Part shown: piece by piece, positions 1 through 10,232 of the stretch
Position numbering within the stretch: the stretch's first letter is position 1
Layout of the letters: every line of letters starts with the position of its first letter
DNA from: an uncultured delta proteobacterium
GTDB lineage: Bacteria; Myxococcota_A; Polyangia; Polyangiales; B10-G4
Direction of reading: 5' to 3'
Assembly: GCA_963727445.1 (NCBI GenBank)
Contig: CAVSGI010000025.1
Location: forward strand, 42,041 to 106,040
DNA length: 64,000 bases
Notes under the pieces: model-generated
Database searches by the model: none
The model's input: the letters and a program-made list of their open reading frames with translations, nothing else
Told to the model about the DNA's origin: nothing
Translations under genes and position numbers: made by a program

Positions 1-81
1 GCGCCTCCGATCCCCCAAGCCACACGAGGCGACCACGAGCGTCAGGCCGAAGACCCAGAGAGCTCGCCCCGGCCGGCTCAC
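1..81 (-). CDS. 5' end of a putative lipoprotein (runs off window edge)
   Basis: Hand translation from GTG at 81 gives VSRPGRALWVFGLTLVVASCG..., a signal peptide with lipobox-like VASC. Confidence 0.4.
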   Translation of the reverse strand, partial: MSRPGRALWVFGLTLVVASCGLGDRRR

Positions 82-251
82 GCGCTCGGTTCCCACGGAC
101 CTGTGTCGTCCGCGCCATCGCGGAATTCCAACGCGTCGAGTGGCTGCTTGCCCATCACGGCGGGCTGATGCAGGGAGGAAAAAAGTCTCGGGGCGTGTCA
201 ATCCAGCCCAGCCAGCTTCGTCGCTCGATCGAACCCCAACCTGGAGGACCG

Positions 252-632
252 ATGCGCTACCTGTGTTTCATTCGTCATTCCGAGAAGTACCGCGAGAACC
301 CGCCGCCCCCGGCGCTCATGAGCGCCATGGGCAGCTTCATGGAGGAGACCACCAAAGACGGGACCCTGGTCGAGACCGGGGGCCTTCTGCCGAGCAAGGA
401 TGGGCTCCGCATCCGCCTCTCGAAGGGGAAGATCACCGTCACCGACGGCCCCTTCACCGAGAGCAAGGAGGTGATCGGCGGCTGGGCGATCTTCGAGACC
501 GACACCCGTGAGGAGGCCGTCGCGCGCGCGACGCGATTCATGGAGCTCCACCTCGAGCACTGGCCCGAATTCGAGGGCGAGTCCGAGGTGCGGCCGATGT
601 TCGATCCCGGGATCGGTCCCGATCAGGGCTGA
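252..632 (+). CDS. YciI/DGPF-domain protein
   Basis: DGPFTESKEVIGG motif; GGAGG RBS before ATG 252 (inside ORF 168..632). Confidence 0.9.
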   Translation: MRYLCFIRHSEKYRENPPPPALMSAMGSFMEETTKDGTLVETGGLLPSKDGLRIRLSKGKITVTDGPFTESKEVIGGWAIFETDTREEAVARATRFMELHLEHWPEFEGESEVRPMFDPGIGPDQG

Positions 633-647
633 GGAAGGAGCGAGACG

Positions 648-1082
648 ATGCGCGTCATGGTCATGGTCAAGGCGACCGACGATTCCGAAAAAGGCCTCAT
701 GCCGAGCGAGGACCTCCTCGCCAAGATGGGCAAGTACAACGAGGAGCTGGTCAAGGCGGGCGTCATGCTCGCTGGCGACGGCCTTCACCCGAGCAAGCGC
801 GGCAAGCGGGTACGCTTCAGCGGCGGCAAGAAGACGATCGTCGACGGCCCCTTCGCCGAGACCAAGGAGCTCATCGCGGGCTTCTGGATCTGGCAGGTGA
901 AGTCGATGGAGGAGGCCCTCGAGTGGGCGCGCCGCTGTCCAGACCCGATGCCCGGGGAGGAGAGCGTGCTCGAGATTCGTCCCATCTTCGAGCCGGATGA
1001 CTTCGGCGGCGAGCTCACGCCCGAGCTGCGTGCGAAGGAAGAAGCGCTTCGCGAAGAGCTGGAGCGACGACGGAAGCCGTGA
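648..1082 (+). CDS. YciI/DGPF-domain protein (second paralogue)
   Basis: DGPFAETKELIAGFW motif; AGGAG RBS. Confidence 0.92.
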   Translation: MRVMVMVKATDDSEKGLMPSEDLLAKMGKYNEELVKAGVMLAGDGLHPSKRGKRVRFSGGKKTIVDGPFAETKELIAGFWIWQVKSMEEALEWARRCPDPMPGEESVLEIRPIFEPDDFGGELTPELRAKEEALREELERRRKP

Positions 1083-2362
1083 GCAGCGACGGCGCCGCGC
1101 GCGAGGCCATCGACGCGGTCTGGCGGATCGAATCCGCTCGACTGATCGGTGGCCTCGTGCGTCTGGTGAAAGACGTCGGATTGGCCGAAGACCTCGCACA
1201 GGAGTCGCTGCTCGCGGCGCTCGAGCGCTGGCCCGAGAGCGGCATCCCCGACAATCCCGGCGCCTGGCTCATGGCGGTGGCCAAGAACCGCGCGCTCGAT
1301 CACCACCGGCGTGATCGGATGCGCGAGCGGAAGCACGAGCTGCTCGCAGACGCCGCGAGCGAGGCGGTGAGCGTGGTGCCCGATGTGGAAGGCGCGCTCG
1401 ACGAGGACGTCGGGGACGACGTGCTGCGCCTGGTGCTCATCGCCTGCCATCCGATCCTCTCCACCGAGGCGCGGGTCGCGCTCACGCTCAGGCTGCTAGG
1501 CGGGCTCACCACCGAGGAGATCGCCCGCGCGTTCCTCGTGCCCGCGCCTACCATCGCGCAGCGCATCGTGCGCGCCAAGCGCACCCTCAAAGAGGCGCGT
1601 GTGCCCTTCGAGGTCCCGCGCGGGGCGGACCTGTCGGAACGCGTGCCCTCGGTTCTCGAGGTGATCTACCTGATCTTCAACGAGGGCTACGCGGCGACGC
1701 GTGGCGACGAGTGGATGCGCACCGAGCTCTGCGACGACGCGCTGCGACTCGGGCGCATCTTCGCGGAGCTCGTGCCCGACGAGCCGGAGGCACATGGCCT
1801 GGTCGCGCTGATGGAGATCATCGCGTCGCGCGCGCGTGCGCGGGTGGACGCCGAAGGCGAGCCCATCCTGCTCCTCGAGCAGGACCGGAGCCGTTGGGAT
1901 CAGCTGCTCATCCGGCGCGGCCTGACCGCGCTGGCGCGGGCGCAGTCCCTGGCGCAGCCGCTCGGCCCATACACCCTCCAGGCCGGCATCGCGGCCTGTC
2001 ACGCCGTGGCGAAGACCGCCGACGAGACCGACTGGGAGCGGATCGTCGCGCTCTACGATGCGCTCGTGGAGCTCACGGGCTCGCCGGTGGTGGAGCTCAA
2101 CCGCGCGGTGGCCGTGGCGATGGCCTTCGGTCCGGCCGAGGCGCTCACGCTCGTCGACGCCCTCGCCGACGAGCCTGCGCTCCGCACCTACCATCTGCTG
2201 CCTGCGGTGCGCGCCGACTTCTTGATCAAGCTCGGCCGCACCGAGGAAGCCCGCGTCGAGCTCGGGCGCGCCGCAGACCTCACTCGAAACGCGCGCGAGC
2301 GCGCGCTACTTCTAGCGCGCGCCCGCTCGCTTGCCGGCACGACCGACGATCCGCCGTCCTGA
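1079..2362 (+). CDS. ECF sigma factor with C-terminal TPR-like extension (ECF42 type)
   Basis: Region-2 motif AEDLAQE...GAWL, region-4 motif EIARAFLV...QRIVRAK, long helical C-terminus; follows DGPF genes with GTGA overlap. Confidence 0.9.
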   Translation: MSSDGAAREAIDAVWRIESARLIGGLVRLVKDVGLAEDLAQESLLAALERWPESGIPDNPGAWLMAVAKNRALDHHRRDRMRERKHELLADAASEAVSVVPDVEGALDEDVGDDVLRLVLIACHPILSTEARVALTLRLLGGLTTEEIARAFLVPAPTIAQRIVRAKRTLKEARVPFEVPRGADLSERVPSVLEVIYLIFNEGYAATRGDEWMRTELCDDALRLGRIFAELVPDEPEAHGLVALMEIIASRARARVDAEGEPILLLEQDRSRWDQLLIRRGLTALARAQSLAQPLGPYTLQAGIAACHAVAKTADETDWERIVALYDALVELTGSPVVELNRAVAVAMAFGPAEALTLVDALADEPALRTYHLLPAVRADFLIKLGRTEEARVELGRAADLTRNARERALLLARARSLAGTTDDPPS

Positions 2363-2367
2363 GGCGG

Positions 2368-4086
2368 TCAGAGCGTCAGGGTGGCCTCGGCGACGCCCGG
2401 GGCACCCTCTGCGCCGGCCTCACCGCCCGCGCCGCCGTCGCCGCCGTCGCCGGCCTCGAGCACCGTCGTCGTGTCGCTGTCGATCGTCGCGCCAGCGCCG
2501 AGGAGGACGGCGACCGACGGGCCGCCCGCGCCGCCGCCGCCCGCGCCGCCATCGCCGCCCGCGCCGCCATCGCCGCCTGCGCCGCCGCGACCGGTGGTGC
2601 AGGTGCCGAACGTGATGCCGTAGCCGCCGCCGTTGCCGTGGCCGCCCTCGCCGCCGAGACCGCCCGCGCTTCCGTCACCGCCCGCGCCCCCGTTCGAGGC
2701 CGCGGCGTTCACCCCTTCGAGGCGCGCGTCGCTTCCCCAGAGCCAGAGCGCGACCGACGCGCCACCGCCGAGCCCGCCTCGGCCGGGGCCGCCACCGCAG
2801 CCGCCGCTGCCGCCGCCCCCACCCGCGCCGCCACTGACGTAGCAGGACGTCGCGAAGCAACCCAGGCCGCCGCCACCGCCGCTTCCCCCGTCACCAGCCC
2901 CGCCAGCCGTTCCATCGCTGCCGTCGCCTGGCTCGAAGCCCGACGCCCGAAAGCGACCGGCCACCCCGGCGCTGCCGGCGTCTCCGTCGACGCCAGCCGA
3001 GCCGGCGTTTCCGGCCCTGCCATTTCGGCTGGTGCCGGTTCCTGCACTTCCACCTGCGACGCCGATGAAGGCCGGGCAGATCGGCGCTCCGCCCGCGCTG
3101 AGCGCGTCTGCAAGCGCCCCGCGCTCTCCGACGTGTGCACTGGTGGCGCCATTGAAGGTCCCGGCCGCTCCGCCGTCCCCGCCCGCGCCGCATGTCGAGC
3201 AGGACGCGCTCGGGGCTGCGCCCGAACCGATGAGCGGAGGGGTCGACGAGGTCATCTCGCCACAGCTCGGCCCGCTGATCACACCCTCCCAACCCCACGA
3301 CCCATCGCTGCCGTCGCCGCCCGGCGTGGCCGCTGTCCCGTCGGTGCCGGCGCCGCCTGCGCCCGACGTGACGTCGAGGTCGGCGAAGACAAGACCCGTC
3401 GAGCGGAGCACGCGCACGGCCACGCTGCTCTGTCCGGCGGACGCGTCGTCTGCGGTGATCTGCAGCTCCGCGAGGGTCAGGCCCGTGAGGTCCGCGCCTT
3501 CGACCACCGGCGAGGGACCGGAGAGCTCGGTCGCGGTGCCGGTGCGCTCCCAACCGAGCTCCGCGTCGTAGCCGCCGAAGATCGACACCGCATCGACGAG
3601 GGTGATCTGCTCGCGGTAGCTGCCGCCATCGACGATGACGGCGCTCCGGCCGAGGGTGCTGGCGATGTCGAGGCCGCGCCCAATCGTCGCCACCGGCGCC
3701 TCGGGGGTCATCCCGTCCTGCGCATCGTCGCCGAGACGCGCGGAGACGAAGATCGACCCCTCCCAGGTGCCGTCGAGCCCATCGCAGTCGGCGTCCTGGT
3801 GCAGGCGATCCGGCAGGTCGGTCTCTGCCGTGGGGACGCACGCTGGCGCGGCGGCGTCGGCGGCGGAGTCAGGCTCGAAGCCGGCGTCGGGCTCGAAGCC
3901 CGTGTCGGGCTCGATACCCGCGTCGGGATCGCCTCCGACCATCCGGCGAACCTCCTCGCCCGCGTCGTTCACGCAGCGCCCGGAGGCGGTGGCCGTCGAG
4001 CCGGCCGGGCAGGGCGGGTCGGAACAGCCAGCGAGCCCAAAGAGGGTGAAGATCAGGGCGAAACTCGAGACGAAGCGCGCATTCAT
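2368..4086 (-). CDS. Gly-rich lipoprotein with MopE-like motif and DUF1565-like segment
   Basis: Lipobox LAGC, DADCDGLDG motif, GDDAQDGMTPEAPVATIGRGL, long GGxGG repeats; GGAGGAG RBS before ATG 4086. Confidence 0.8.
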   Translation of the reverse strand: MNARFVSSFALIFTLFGLAGCSDPPCPAGSTATASGRCVNDAGEEVRRMVGGDPDAGIEPDTGFEPDAGFEPDSAADAAAPACVPTAETDLPDRLHQDADCDGLDGTWEGSIFVSARLGDDAQDGMTPEAPVATIGRGLDIASTLGRSAVIVDGGSYREQITLVDAVSIFGGYDAELGWERTGTATELSGPSPVVEGADLTGLTLAELQITADDASAGQSSVAVRVLRSTGLVFADLDVTSGAGGAGTDGTAATPGGDGSDGSWGWEGVISGPSCGEMTSSTPPLIGSGAAPSASCSTCGAGGDGGAAGTFNGATSAHVGERGALADALSAGGAPICPAFIGVAGGSAGTGTSRNGRAGNAGSAGVDGDAGSAGVAGRFRASGFEPGDGSDGTAGGAGDGGSGGGGGLGCFATSCYVSGGAGGGGGSGGCGGGPGRGGLGGGASVALWLWGSDARLEGVNAAASNGGAGGDGSAGGLGGEGGHGNGGGYGITFGTCTTGRGGAGGDGGAGGDGGAGGGGAGGPSVAVLLGAGATIDSDTTTVLEAGDGGDGGAGGEAGAEGAPGVAEATLTL

Positions 4087-4177
4087 GAGGGTCTCCTCCA
4101 TTCGACAGTGCGCCCTTATCGAGACGGGCCGCGGCTGGTTGCGCGCGAATCGGGAGGATGGGCATCATGCGGACGCG

Positions 4178-5206
4178 ATGAAGCCCACGAAGAAGGTGGC
4201 GAAGAAGAGGGCCGCGAAGAAGGCATCCAAGAAGGCCCGCAAAGCCACGAAAAAGAGGGGCGGGGCGGGGGAGAGAATTGCGGCGAGGAGGGCCGCGCGG
4301 GGCGAGCTTCGGCTCACGCCTGAAGACGGCGTCCCGAGCGCGAAGACCCTCGCAGAGGTGCGCGAGCTCTCGATCGCCTCTCCGACCCACGGCTTCGTCG
4401 CGGCCTGTCTCGAGGGTGACCTTCCGGAGCTGAGGTCGCTGAGCATCGTCGAAGGCGACGTCCATGTCGACGAGCTGGTGGTCGCGGCCAGCCACGAGAG
4501 CCTCGAAAGCCTCGCCCTGTCCAAGCTTGCACTGAAGCCAGTGGAGCTCGAAGCTGCCCTCGCTGGGGTTGGCCCGCGTCTGCACACGCTCTCGCTCACG
4601 GACATGCGCCTCAACGCCAAGTCCGCCGAGGTCTTGGCCGCGCATTCGAGCTTGTCGGCGCTTCGCGCGCTCAGCCTCTTCTCGAACCGGATCGGTCCCG
4701 GTGGGGCCGCTGCCCTCGCGGTGTCCGGCACCCTGGTCAGCCTCGAGACGCTCCACCTCGGGCTCAACCCCATCGAGGCCGAAGGCGCTGCCGCCCTCGC
4801 CACCGGTCGCTGCATCGCGCACGTGACGGATCTGGGCCTCTTCAAATGCAACATCGGTGACGAAGGCGCAGAGGCGCTCGGGGAGGGCACGTCCCTCGAC
4901 GCGCTCGTGAGCTTGAATCTGGGAACGAACAAGATCACTGCTCGTGGGGTGGAAGCCCTCCTCCGGCATCCCTTCCCCGTTCTCGAGCGCTTGCTCCTCC
5001 ACGGCAACCGCATCGGCGTCGAGGGAGCTCGCATCGTGGCGTCGTCGCCGCTCCTCGAGCAGCTCCGGGAGCTGACCCTCAAGAATCGGGACGTTGAGGG
5101 GCTCGAAGGCCGTCGCGCGATCGCCGCATCGCCTCATCTCCACGAGGATCTGCGCAAGAACATGGCCCAGTCGCTGGTGGGGCTGCTCGACGTCGAGCTC
5201 GGTTAG
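4178..5206 (+). CDS. Leucine-rich repeat protein (RI-like) with Lys/Ala-rich N-terminus
   Basis: About 28-aa LxxLxLxxNxIGxxGAxALA repeats; ATG 4178 inside ORF 3635..5206. Confidence 0.8.
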   Translation: MKPTKKVAKKRAAKKASKKARKATKKRGGAGERIAARRAARGELRLTPEDGVPSAKTLAEVRELSIASPTHGFVAACLEGDLPELRSLSIVEGDVHVDELVVAASHESLESLALSKLALKPVELEAALAGVGPRLHTLSLTDMRLNAKSAEVLAAHSSLSALRALSLFSNRIGPGGAAALAVSGTLVSLETLHLGLNPIEAEGAAALATGRCIAHVTDLGLFKCNIGDEGAEALGEGTSLDALVSLNLGTNKITARGVEALLRHPFPVLERLLLHGNRIGVEGARIVASSPLLEQLRELTLKNRDVEGLEGRRAIAASPHLHEDLRKNMAQSLVGLLDVELG

Positions 5207-5844
5207 AAGTCGGCGTTCTCGGTGTGGCGGGCCTCGTTGCCGACGAAGTCCCAGAACATCACCCGACGCTCGTCGAGATCGACGAGGCCGAAGCCCGCCT
5301 CCCAGTTGCGGTGCAGCGTCCCGGGGTTGATGAAGACGAGTCCGGTCCCGAGGGTGCGCACCATCCGCATGTGGGTGTGTCCGCCGACGACGAAGGCGAG
5401 GTCGCTGCGCCCGTTCAGCGACATCAGCGCTGCCTGCAGGCCGTAACCGCGCGTGTCCGGGCGAAGCACCCCCATGTCGTCGTCGCCGATTCCGTGGCAG
5501 AGGAGGAGCTTGCCGGCGCTGGTCTGAAGCTCGCGGGTCCGGGGGAGGGCCTCGACCCATGCCCACGCGTCGCCCGAGAGCGAAGCGGTCGAGTCGTCGA
5601 GGTTCCGCATCTCGCCCGCGACGAACCAGCGCTCGTGATTGCCCCTCACCGCGATCACGTCGTGTTCCCGCAGAAGGTTGATGGTTCGCTCGACGTCGCC
5701 GTAGCCGTCCACGATGTCGCCGACGCACAGGACGCGCTCGACACCCTCGGCCTCGAGCACCCGCAGGGCCACCTCGAGCCGCTCGTCCTCGCAATGCACG
5801 TCGCCGAGGATTCCGAAACGGGTGAGGACGAGGGGCTCTCGCAC
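5203..5844 (-). CDS. Metallophosphoesterase (calcineurin-like, YfcE-type)
   Basis: GDVH, GDIVD, GNHE, GHTH, NPG motifs; start uncertain (GTG 5844 or ATG 5880). Confidence 0.85.
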   Translation of the reverse strand: MREPLVLTRFGILGDVHCEDERLEVALRVLEAEGVERVLCVGDIVDGYGDVERTINLLREHDVIAVRGNHERWFVAGEMRNLDDSTASLSGDAWAWVEALPRTRELQTSAGKLLLCHGIGDDDMGVLRPDTRGYGLQAALMSLNGRSDLAFVVGGHTHMRMVRTLGTGLVFINPGTLHRNWEAGFGLVDLDERRVMFWDFVGNEARHTENADF

Positions 5845-5936
5845 GAAAGGATCATACGGGAGACGCCCCGTGAGACCCAAAGATGCCGCCCGAGCTTCTG
5901 GCAGGTGGGCACCGCGTGGTGTAGATCCCCGCCACC

Positions 5937-7259
5937 ATGCTCGACCTCAGATACGTCAGCGAGAACCTCGACGAGGTGAAGAAAGGCCTGGCCCGCCGTG
6001 GCTTCACGGACGAATCGGCGCTCGACCGCATCGCCACGGCCTCCGGCACCCGGCGCGATCTCATCGGTGAAGCCGAGGCGCTGCGCCAGACCCGCAACGA
6101 GGTCAGCAAGGCGATGGGGCAGATCGAGGACAAGAAGTCCGAAGAGTTCGCCCAGAAGCGGGCGGAGATGCGCGAGGTCGGCGACCGCATCAAGGCGCTC
6201 GAGGACGAGCAGAAGGCGGTGGAAGGGGAGCTCGAGAGCCTCCTCATGAACCTGCCCAACCTGCCGCATGCCGAGACGCCCGACGGCCTCGACGAGACCG
6301 AGAACGTCGAGATCCTGGTTCACGGTGAAAAGCCCACCTTCGACTTCGAGCCCAAGGACCACGTCGACGTCGGCACCGACCTCGGCATCATCGACTTCGA
6401 GCGCGCGGCCAAGATCAGCGGCGCGCGCTTCGCGCTGCTCAAGGGCGCGGGCGCGCGCCTCGAGCGCGCGCTGATGGCGTTCATGCTCGATCTCCACAGC
6501 GGCGAGCACGGGTACACCGAGGTCTGGCCGCCGGTCCTCGTGAAGGACGACGCGCTCCGAGGAACGAGCCAGCTCCCGAAGTTCGAGGAGGACCTCTTCA
6601 AGATCGCCGCCGGCGAAGGGTGGGAGCAGCACCAGGAGGGCCCGCGCCACACGCTCTATCTCGCGCCCACCGCCGAGGTGCAGGTCACGAACCTCCACGC
6701 GGACGAGATCCTCGACGCCGCGGATCTTCCCATCGCCTACACCGCGTACACGGCGTGCTTCCGCGCCGAGGCGGGTGGCTACGGCAAGGACACCCGCGGC
6801 ATGATCCGCAACCATCAGTTCGACAAGGTCGAGCTGGTGCGCTTCTGCCGGCCCGAAGACGGCGACGCGCAGCTCACGCTGCTGCGCACCCACGCCGAGG
6901 AGGTCCTGAAGCGTCTCGGCCTCCATTACCGCGTGGTCCAGCTCTGCGCAGGCGACATGGGCTTCGCCGCCCACAAGGCCTTCGACATCGAGGTCTGGCT
7001 CCCCGCGCAGAACGCCTACCGCGAGATCTCGAGCTGCTCCTGGTTCGGCGACTTCCAGGCGCGCCGCGCGAAGATCCGCTACCGCCCGGAACCCAAGGCC
7101 AAGCCCCAGCTCCTGAACACGCTCAACGGCTCGGGCCTCGCCATCGGCCGCACGCTGGTCGCGGTCCTCGAGCAGTACCAGCAGGCCGACGGCAGCGTGG
7201 TCGTGCCCGAGGCGCTCCGCCCCTACATGGGCGGCCTCGAGCGCATCACGGCCTCATAG
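5937..7259 (+). CDS. serS: Serine--tRNA ligase
   Basis: MLDLRY start, coiled-coil arm, PTAEV, FRAEAG, HQFDKVE, YREISSCS, LNGSGLA motifs. Confidence 0.98.
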   Translation: MLDLRYVSENLDEVKKGLARRGFTDESALDRIATASGTRRDLIGEAEALRQTRNEVSKAMGQIEDKKSEEFAQKRAEMREVGDRIKALEDEQKAVEGELESLLMNLPNLPHAETPDGLDETENVEILVHGEKPTFDFEPKDHVDVGTDLGIIDFERAAKISGARFALLKGAGARLERALMAFMLDLHSGEHGYTEVWPPVLVKDDALRGTSQLPKFEEDLFKIAAGEGWEQHQEGPRHTLYLAPTAEVQVTNLHADEILDAADLPIAYTAYTACFRAEAGGYGKDTRGMIRNHQFDKVELVRFCRPEDGDAQLTLLRTHAEEVLKRLGLHYRVVQLCAGDMGFAAHKAFDIEVWLPAQNAYREISSCSWFGDFQARRAKIRYRPEPKAKPQLLNTLNGSGLAIGRTLVAVLEQYQQADGSVVVPEALRPYMGGLERITAS

Positions 7260-8099
7260 GTAGTCGCGGACCCACTCTTCGCTTCGCTCCCAGAGCTCGC
7301 GCGCGAGCGCCGGGTCGTCGGCGAGGGGGTTGTTCGGCGCGCGCTTCGACCGCTGGTAGTAGTGTCCGCTCTCGTTCGCCAGCTCGGGCGCGGTCGCGCA
7401 GTAGACGCTCGTCGCGGCGCCCTCTTCGTTGGTGAGCATCGTGCGCTTCATCAGCCAGGCGATGGGCTTCGGGATGCGACGCCACACGTCCGACGCGACA
7501 CGCCCAGGGTTGAGCGAGTAGGTGGTGATGCCCTTGCCCTCCGTGCGCCGCGCCAGCTCCTTCGCGAAGAGGACGTTGGCGAGCTTGGACACGCCGTACT
7601 CGTGCAGGCCCACGGTGGTCGCGGTCGGCTTGGTGAGCGCGTCCCAATCGATGCCTTTGGCGAAGGTGTGATTGCGGCTCGACACCACCACCACGCGCGC
7701 CGGGCGGCTCTCTTCGAGGCGCGCGAGGAGCAGCCGGGTGAAGAGGTAGTGGCCGAGGTGATTGACGCCGAACTGGATCTCGAAGCCGTCCTCGGTCTGC
7801 CCCTGATGACCGGCGAGCCCGGCGTTGAGGACCAGCACGTCGAGGCGCGGCTCGCGCTCGAGCAGCTCCGCCGCCGACTCCGCGACCCGCGCGAGGGAGG
7901 CGAGGTCGAGCTTCAGGAAGGTGGCGCTCACTTCCGGGTCGCGTTCTTTCAGCGCCTCGACCACGGGCTCGGTGCGCTCGGCGGATCGCCCGGCGAAGAC
8001 CACGTGGCCGCCGCGAAGCGCGAGGCCTTCGGCGGTGGCGCGCCCGATCCCGGTGTTCGCGCCAGTGACGACGAAGGTCTTTCCTTCGAGATCTCGCAC
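7254..8099 (-). CDS. Short-chain dehydrogenase/reductase (retinol-DH/WWOX-like)
   Basis: TGANTGIG, NAG, FGVNHLGHY, YGVSK catalytic motif. Confidence 0.92.
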   Translation of the reverse strand: MRDLEGKTFVVTGANTGIGRATAEGLALRGGHVVFAGRSAERTEPVVEALKERDPEVSATFLKLDLASLARVAESAAELLEREPRLDVLVLNAGLAGHQGQTEDGFEIQFGVNHLGHYLFTRLLLARLEESRPARVVVVSSRNHTFAKGIDWDALTKPTATTVGLHEYGVSKLANVLFAKELARRTEGKGITTYSLNPGRVASDVWRRIPKPIAWLMKRTMLTNEEGAATSVYCATAPELANESGHYYQRSKRAPNNPLADDPALARELWERSEEWVRDYL

Positions 8100-8114
8100 C
8101 GCGGACCTATGACC

Positions 8115-8453
8115 TCAGCCGAGCGCCCGCGCCAGCGACATCGCCAAAAGGAGCCCGCCCACCACGATCAGCAGGCTCCCCACGATCCAGGCGATCGCCT
8201 TCTCGGCCGCTGCCCGCGTTTCGGGGTCTGCGATCGCGTCGAGCTCCTCTCGCTGGGCCCAGCCGCTCGGGGTGAGGGTGCGCTTCGCCCCGAAGGCGAA
8301 GCCGCCTCCCGCCGCCAAGAGCGCCCCCCCGGTCGCCACCATCTTCGCGCTGGGCAAGACGAACCCCGCCACCACCAGCAACGCCCCCGCCGCCGAGGCG
8401 AGCACGTGCAGGGACAAAGCGAGGCGAGGCGTGACTACCGGCACCGCCCGCAT
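8115..8453 (-). CDS. Small membrane protein
   Basis: Three hydrophobic segments; fills the gap between the SDR gene and murB. Confidence 0.6.
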   Translation of the reverse strand: MRAVPVVTPRLALSLHVLASAAGALLVVAGFVLPSAKMVATGGALLAAGGGFAFGAKRTLTPSGWAQREELDAIADPETRAAAEKAIAWIVGSLLIVVGGLLLAMSLARALG

Positions 8454-8470
8454 GCTACCGTCTCTGCGAC

Positions 8471-9541
8471 TTGACGCTCGAAATCCGAGAGCACGTGCCC
8501 CTCGCGCCGCTCACGACCTTCGAGCTCGGCGGGCCGGCCCGCTTCTTCACGTCCCCCAAGGACGCGGAAGGGGTGCGCGAGGCGCTCGCTCATGCGGCCG
8601 ACCGCGATCTCGAGGTGCTGGTCCTGGGCGGCGGGTCCAACCTGGTGGTCGGGGATGCGGGCTTTTCGGGGCTGGTGATCTCTCTCGGCGAGCTCAGAGG
8701 GCTCACCTTCGAGCGGGGTCGGCGGCGAACGCTGGTGACGGCGGCTGCCGGCGAGCCGTGGGATCCTCTGGTGGAGGCGACGGTCACGCGGGACCTCGCA
8801 GGTCTCGAATGCTTGAGCGGTATCCCGGGCTTCGCGGGCGCTACGCCGATCCAGAACGTCGGCGCTTATGGTCAGGAGGTCTCCGAGACCATCGTCCGGG
8901 TAGAGGTCTACGACCGCACCATGGACGCGACCTACGAGATGGGCCCCAAGGACTGCGCCTTCGCGTATCGCGACAGCCACTTCAAGCACGTGCAGGGCCG
9001 CTACGTCGTTCTCTCCGTGACCTTCGGCTTGACGGATGGGGGCGCGCCGGCGCTCCGCTACGCCGAGCTCGAGCGTCGCCTCGGCGACGAGAAGCGCCCG
9101 AGCCTTTCGCGGGTGCGCGAGGTGGTGATCGCGCTGCGCAGGAGCAAGTCGATGGTGCTCGACCCCGCGGACGAGAACCGGCGCTCGGCGGGCTCCTTCT
9201 TCACCAATCCGATCCTCTCGGACGCCGAGGCGGAGCGGGTGGTCGCCCTCGCCGTCTCGGAGGGCATCGTGTCCCGCGCCGGGGAGGTGCCGCGCTATCC
9301 CGCGGGAGAGGGGCGCACCAAGCTCGCCGCCGGCTGGCTCATCGAGCGGGCGGGGATCGCGAAGGGCCATCGCCGCGGCGCTGTGCGCGTGTCGACGAAG
9401 CATGCCCTCGCGCTGACGCATCTCGGCGGGGGGACGACGGAGGAGCTTTTGGCGCTGGCCCGTGAGGTGCGGGGGGCGGTCGAGGCGCGCTTCGGGGTGA
9501 CCCTGGTCAACGAGCCGCGCCTGGTCAGCTGCGCCCTCTGA
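8471..9541 (+). CDS. murB: UDP-N-acetylmuramate dehydrogenase
   Basis: LGGGSNL, GIPG, QNVGAYG, YRDS, SAGSFFTNP, KHALAL motifs. Confidence 0.97.
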   Translation: MTLEIREHVPLAPLTTFELGGPARFFTSPKDAEGVREALAHAADRDLEVLVLGGGSNLVVGDAGFSGLVISLGELRGLTFERGRRRTLVTAAAGEPWDPLVEATVTRDLAGLECLSGIPGFAGATPIQNVGAYGQEVSETIVRVEVYDRTMDATYEMGPKDCAFAYRDSHFKHVQGRYVVLSVTFGLTDGGAPALRYAELERRLGDEKRPSLSRVREVVIALRRSKSMVLDPADENRRSAGSFFTNPILSDAEAERVVALAVSEGIVSRAGEVPRYPAGEGRTKLAAGWLIERAGIAKGHRRGAVRVSTKHALALTHLGGGTTEELLALAREVRGAVEARFGVTLVNEPRLVSCAL

Positions 9542-9599
9542 CCGCGTCTTTGGCCGGGAAACAGCCCAAGCAGGCGCGCCGCCCCGGTTCACGATCCCG

Positions 9600-10232
9600 G
9601 TGGCGGGCTCCGCTGAAATTTCGGGTCAGAAAATCCGAGACGTCCGGGAACCAACGGATGTGGAGGCGCTGAGGGACGAGCTCGAGGGGACGGCTCAGGT
9701 CGGGGACGCGGCCCGATCGCAGCCGGGCGTCGAGCGGGTCTTTCGCGAGCATGGGGCCTACGTCGCCCGCGCCCTGCGCTGCCTCGGGGTGCGAGAGCGA
9801 GAGCTGCCGGACGCCTGTCAGGAGGTGTTCCTGGTGGTGCACCGACGCCTCGACGAGTTCGAGGGCAAGGCGTCGATCCGCACCTGGCTCTATTCGATCT
9901 GCGTGCGCCGCGCGATGAGCGCGCGGCGGCGGGCGGCGCGGCGGCGCGAGGATGCGACGCCGGTGGTGCCCGAGCCCGAGGGCGAGTCGAAGAGCCCGCA
10001 CGATCACGTGGAGCGACGCCGGGCGCTGTCGGCGGCGATGAAGATCCTCGAGCGTCTCGATGACGACAAGCGCGCCATCTTCGTGCTCTACGAGGTCGAG
10101 CAGCTGCCGATGAGCGAGGTGGCGGAGGTTCTCGAGCTGCCGCTCCAGACCGCGTACTCGCGGCTCTACGCCGCGCGACGAGACGTCGCGCGCATTCTCG
10201 CGCGCCTTCGCGCCAGCGGAGGTGCGCCGTGA
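9600..10232 (+). CDS. ECF RNA polymerase sigma factor
   Basis: DACQEVFL...FEGKASIRTWLY (region 2), EVAEVL...TAYSRL (region 4); exact start uncertain. Confidence 0.88.
   Translation: MAGSAEISGQKIRDVREPTDVEALRDELEGTAQVGDAARSQPGVERVFREHGAYVARALRCLGVRERELPDACQEVFLVVHRRLDEFEGKASIRTWLYSICVRRAMSARRRAARRREDATPVVPEPEGESKSPHDHVERRRALSAAMKILERLDDDKRAIFVLYEVEQLPMSEVAEVLELPLQTAYSRLYAARRDVARILARLRASGGAP

Noticed and set aside
252..2362. YciI-YciI-ECF cluster as a novel system
   Set aside because: It matches the already described ECF42/DGPF arrangement.
1711..4323. Long Arg/Ala-rich alternative-frame and antisense ORFs (this one and many others, e.g. 12540..14372, 18809..20809, 43078..45186)
   Set aside because: Shadow ORFs expected at this GC content, overlapping genes with clear motifs.
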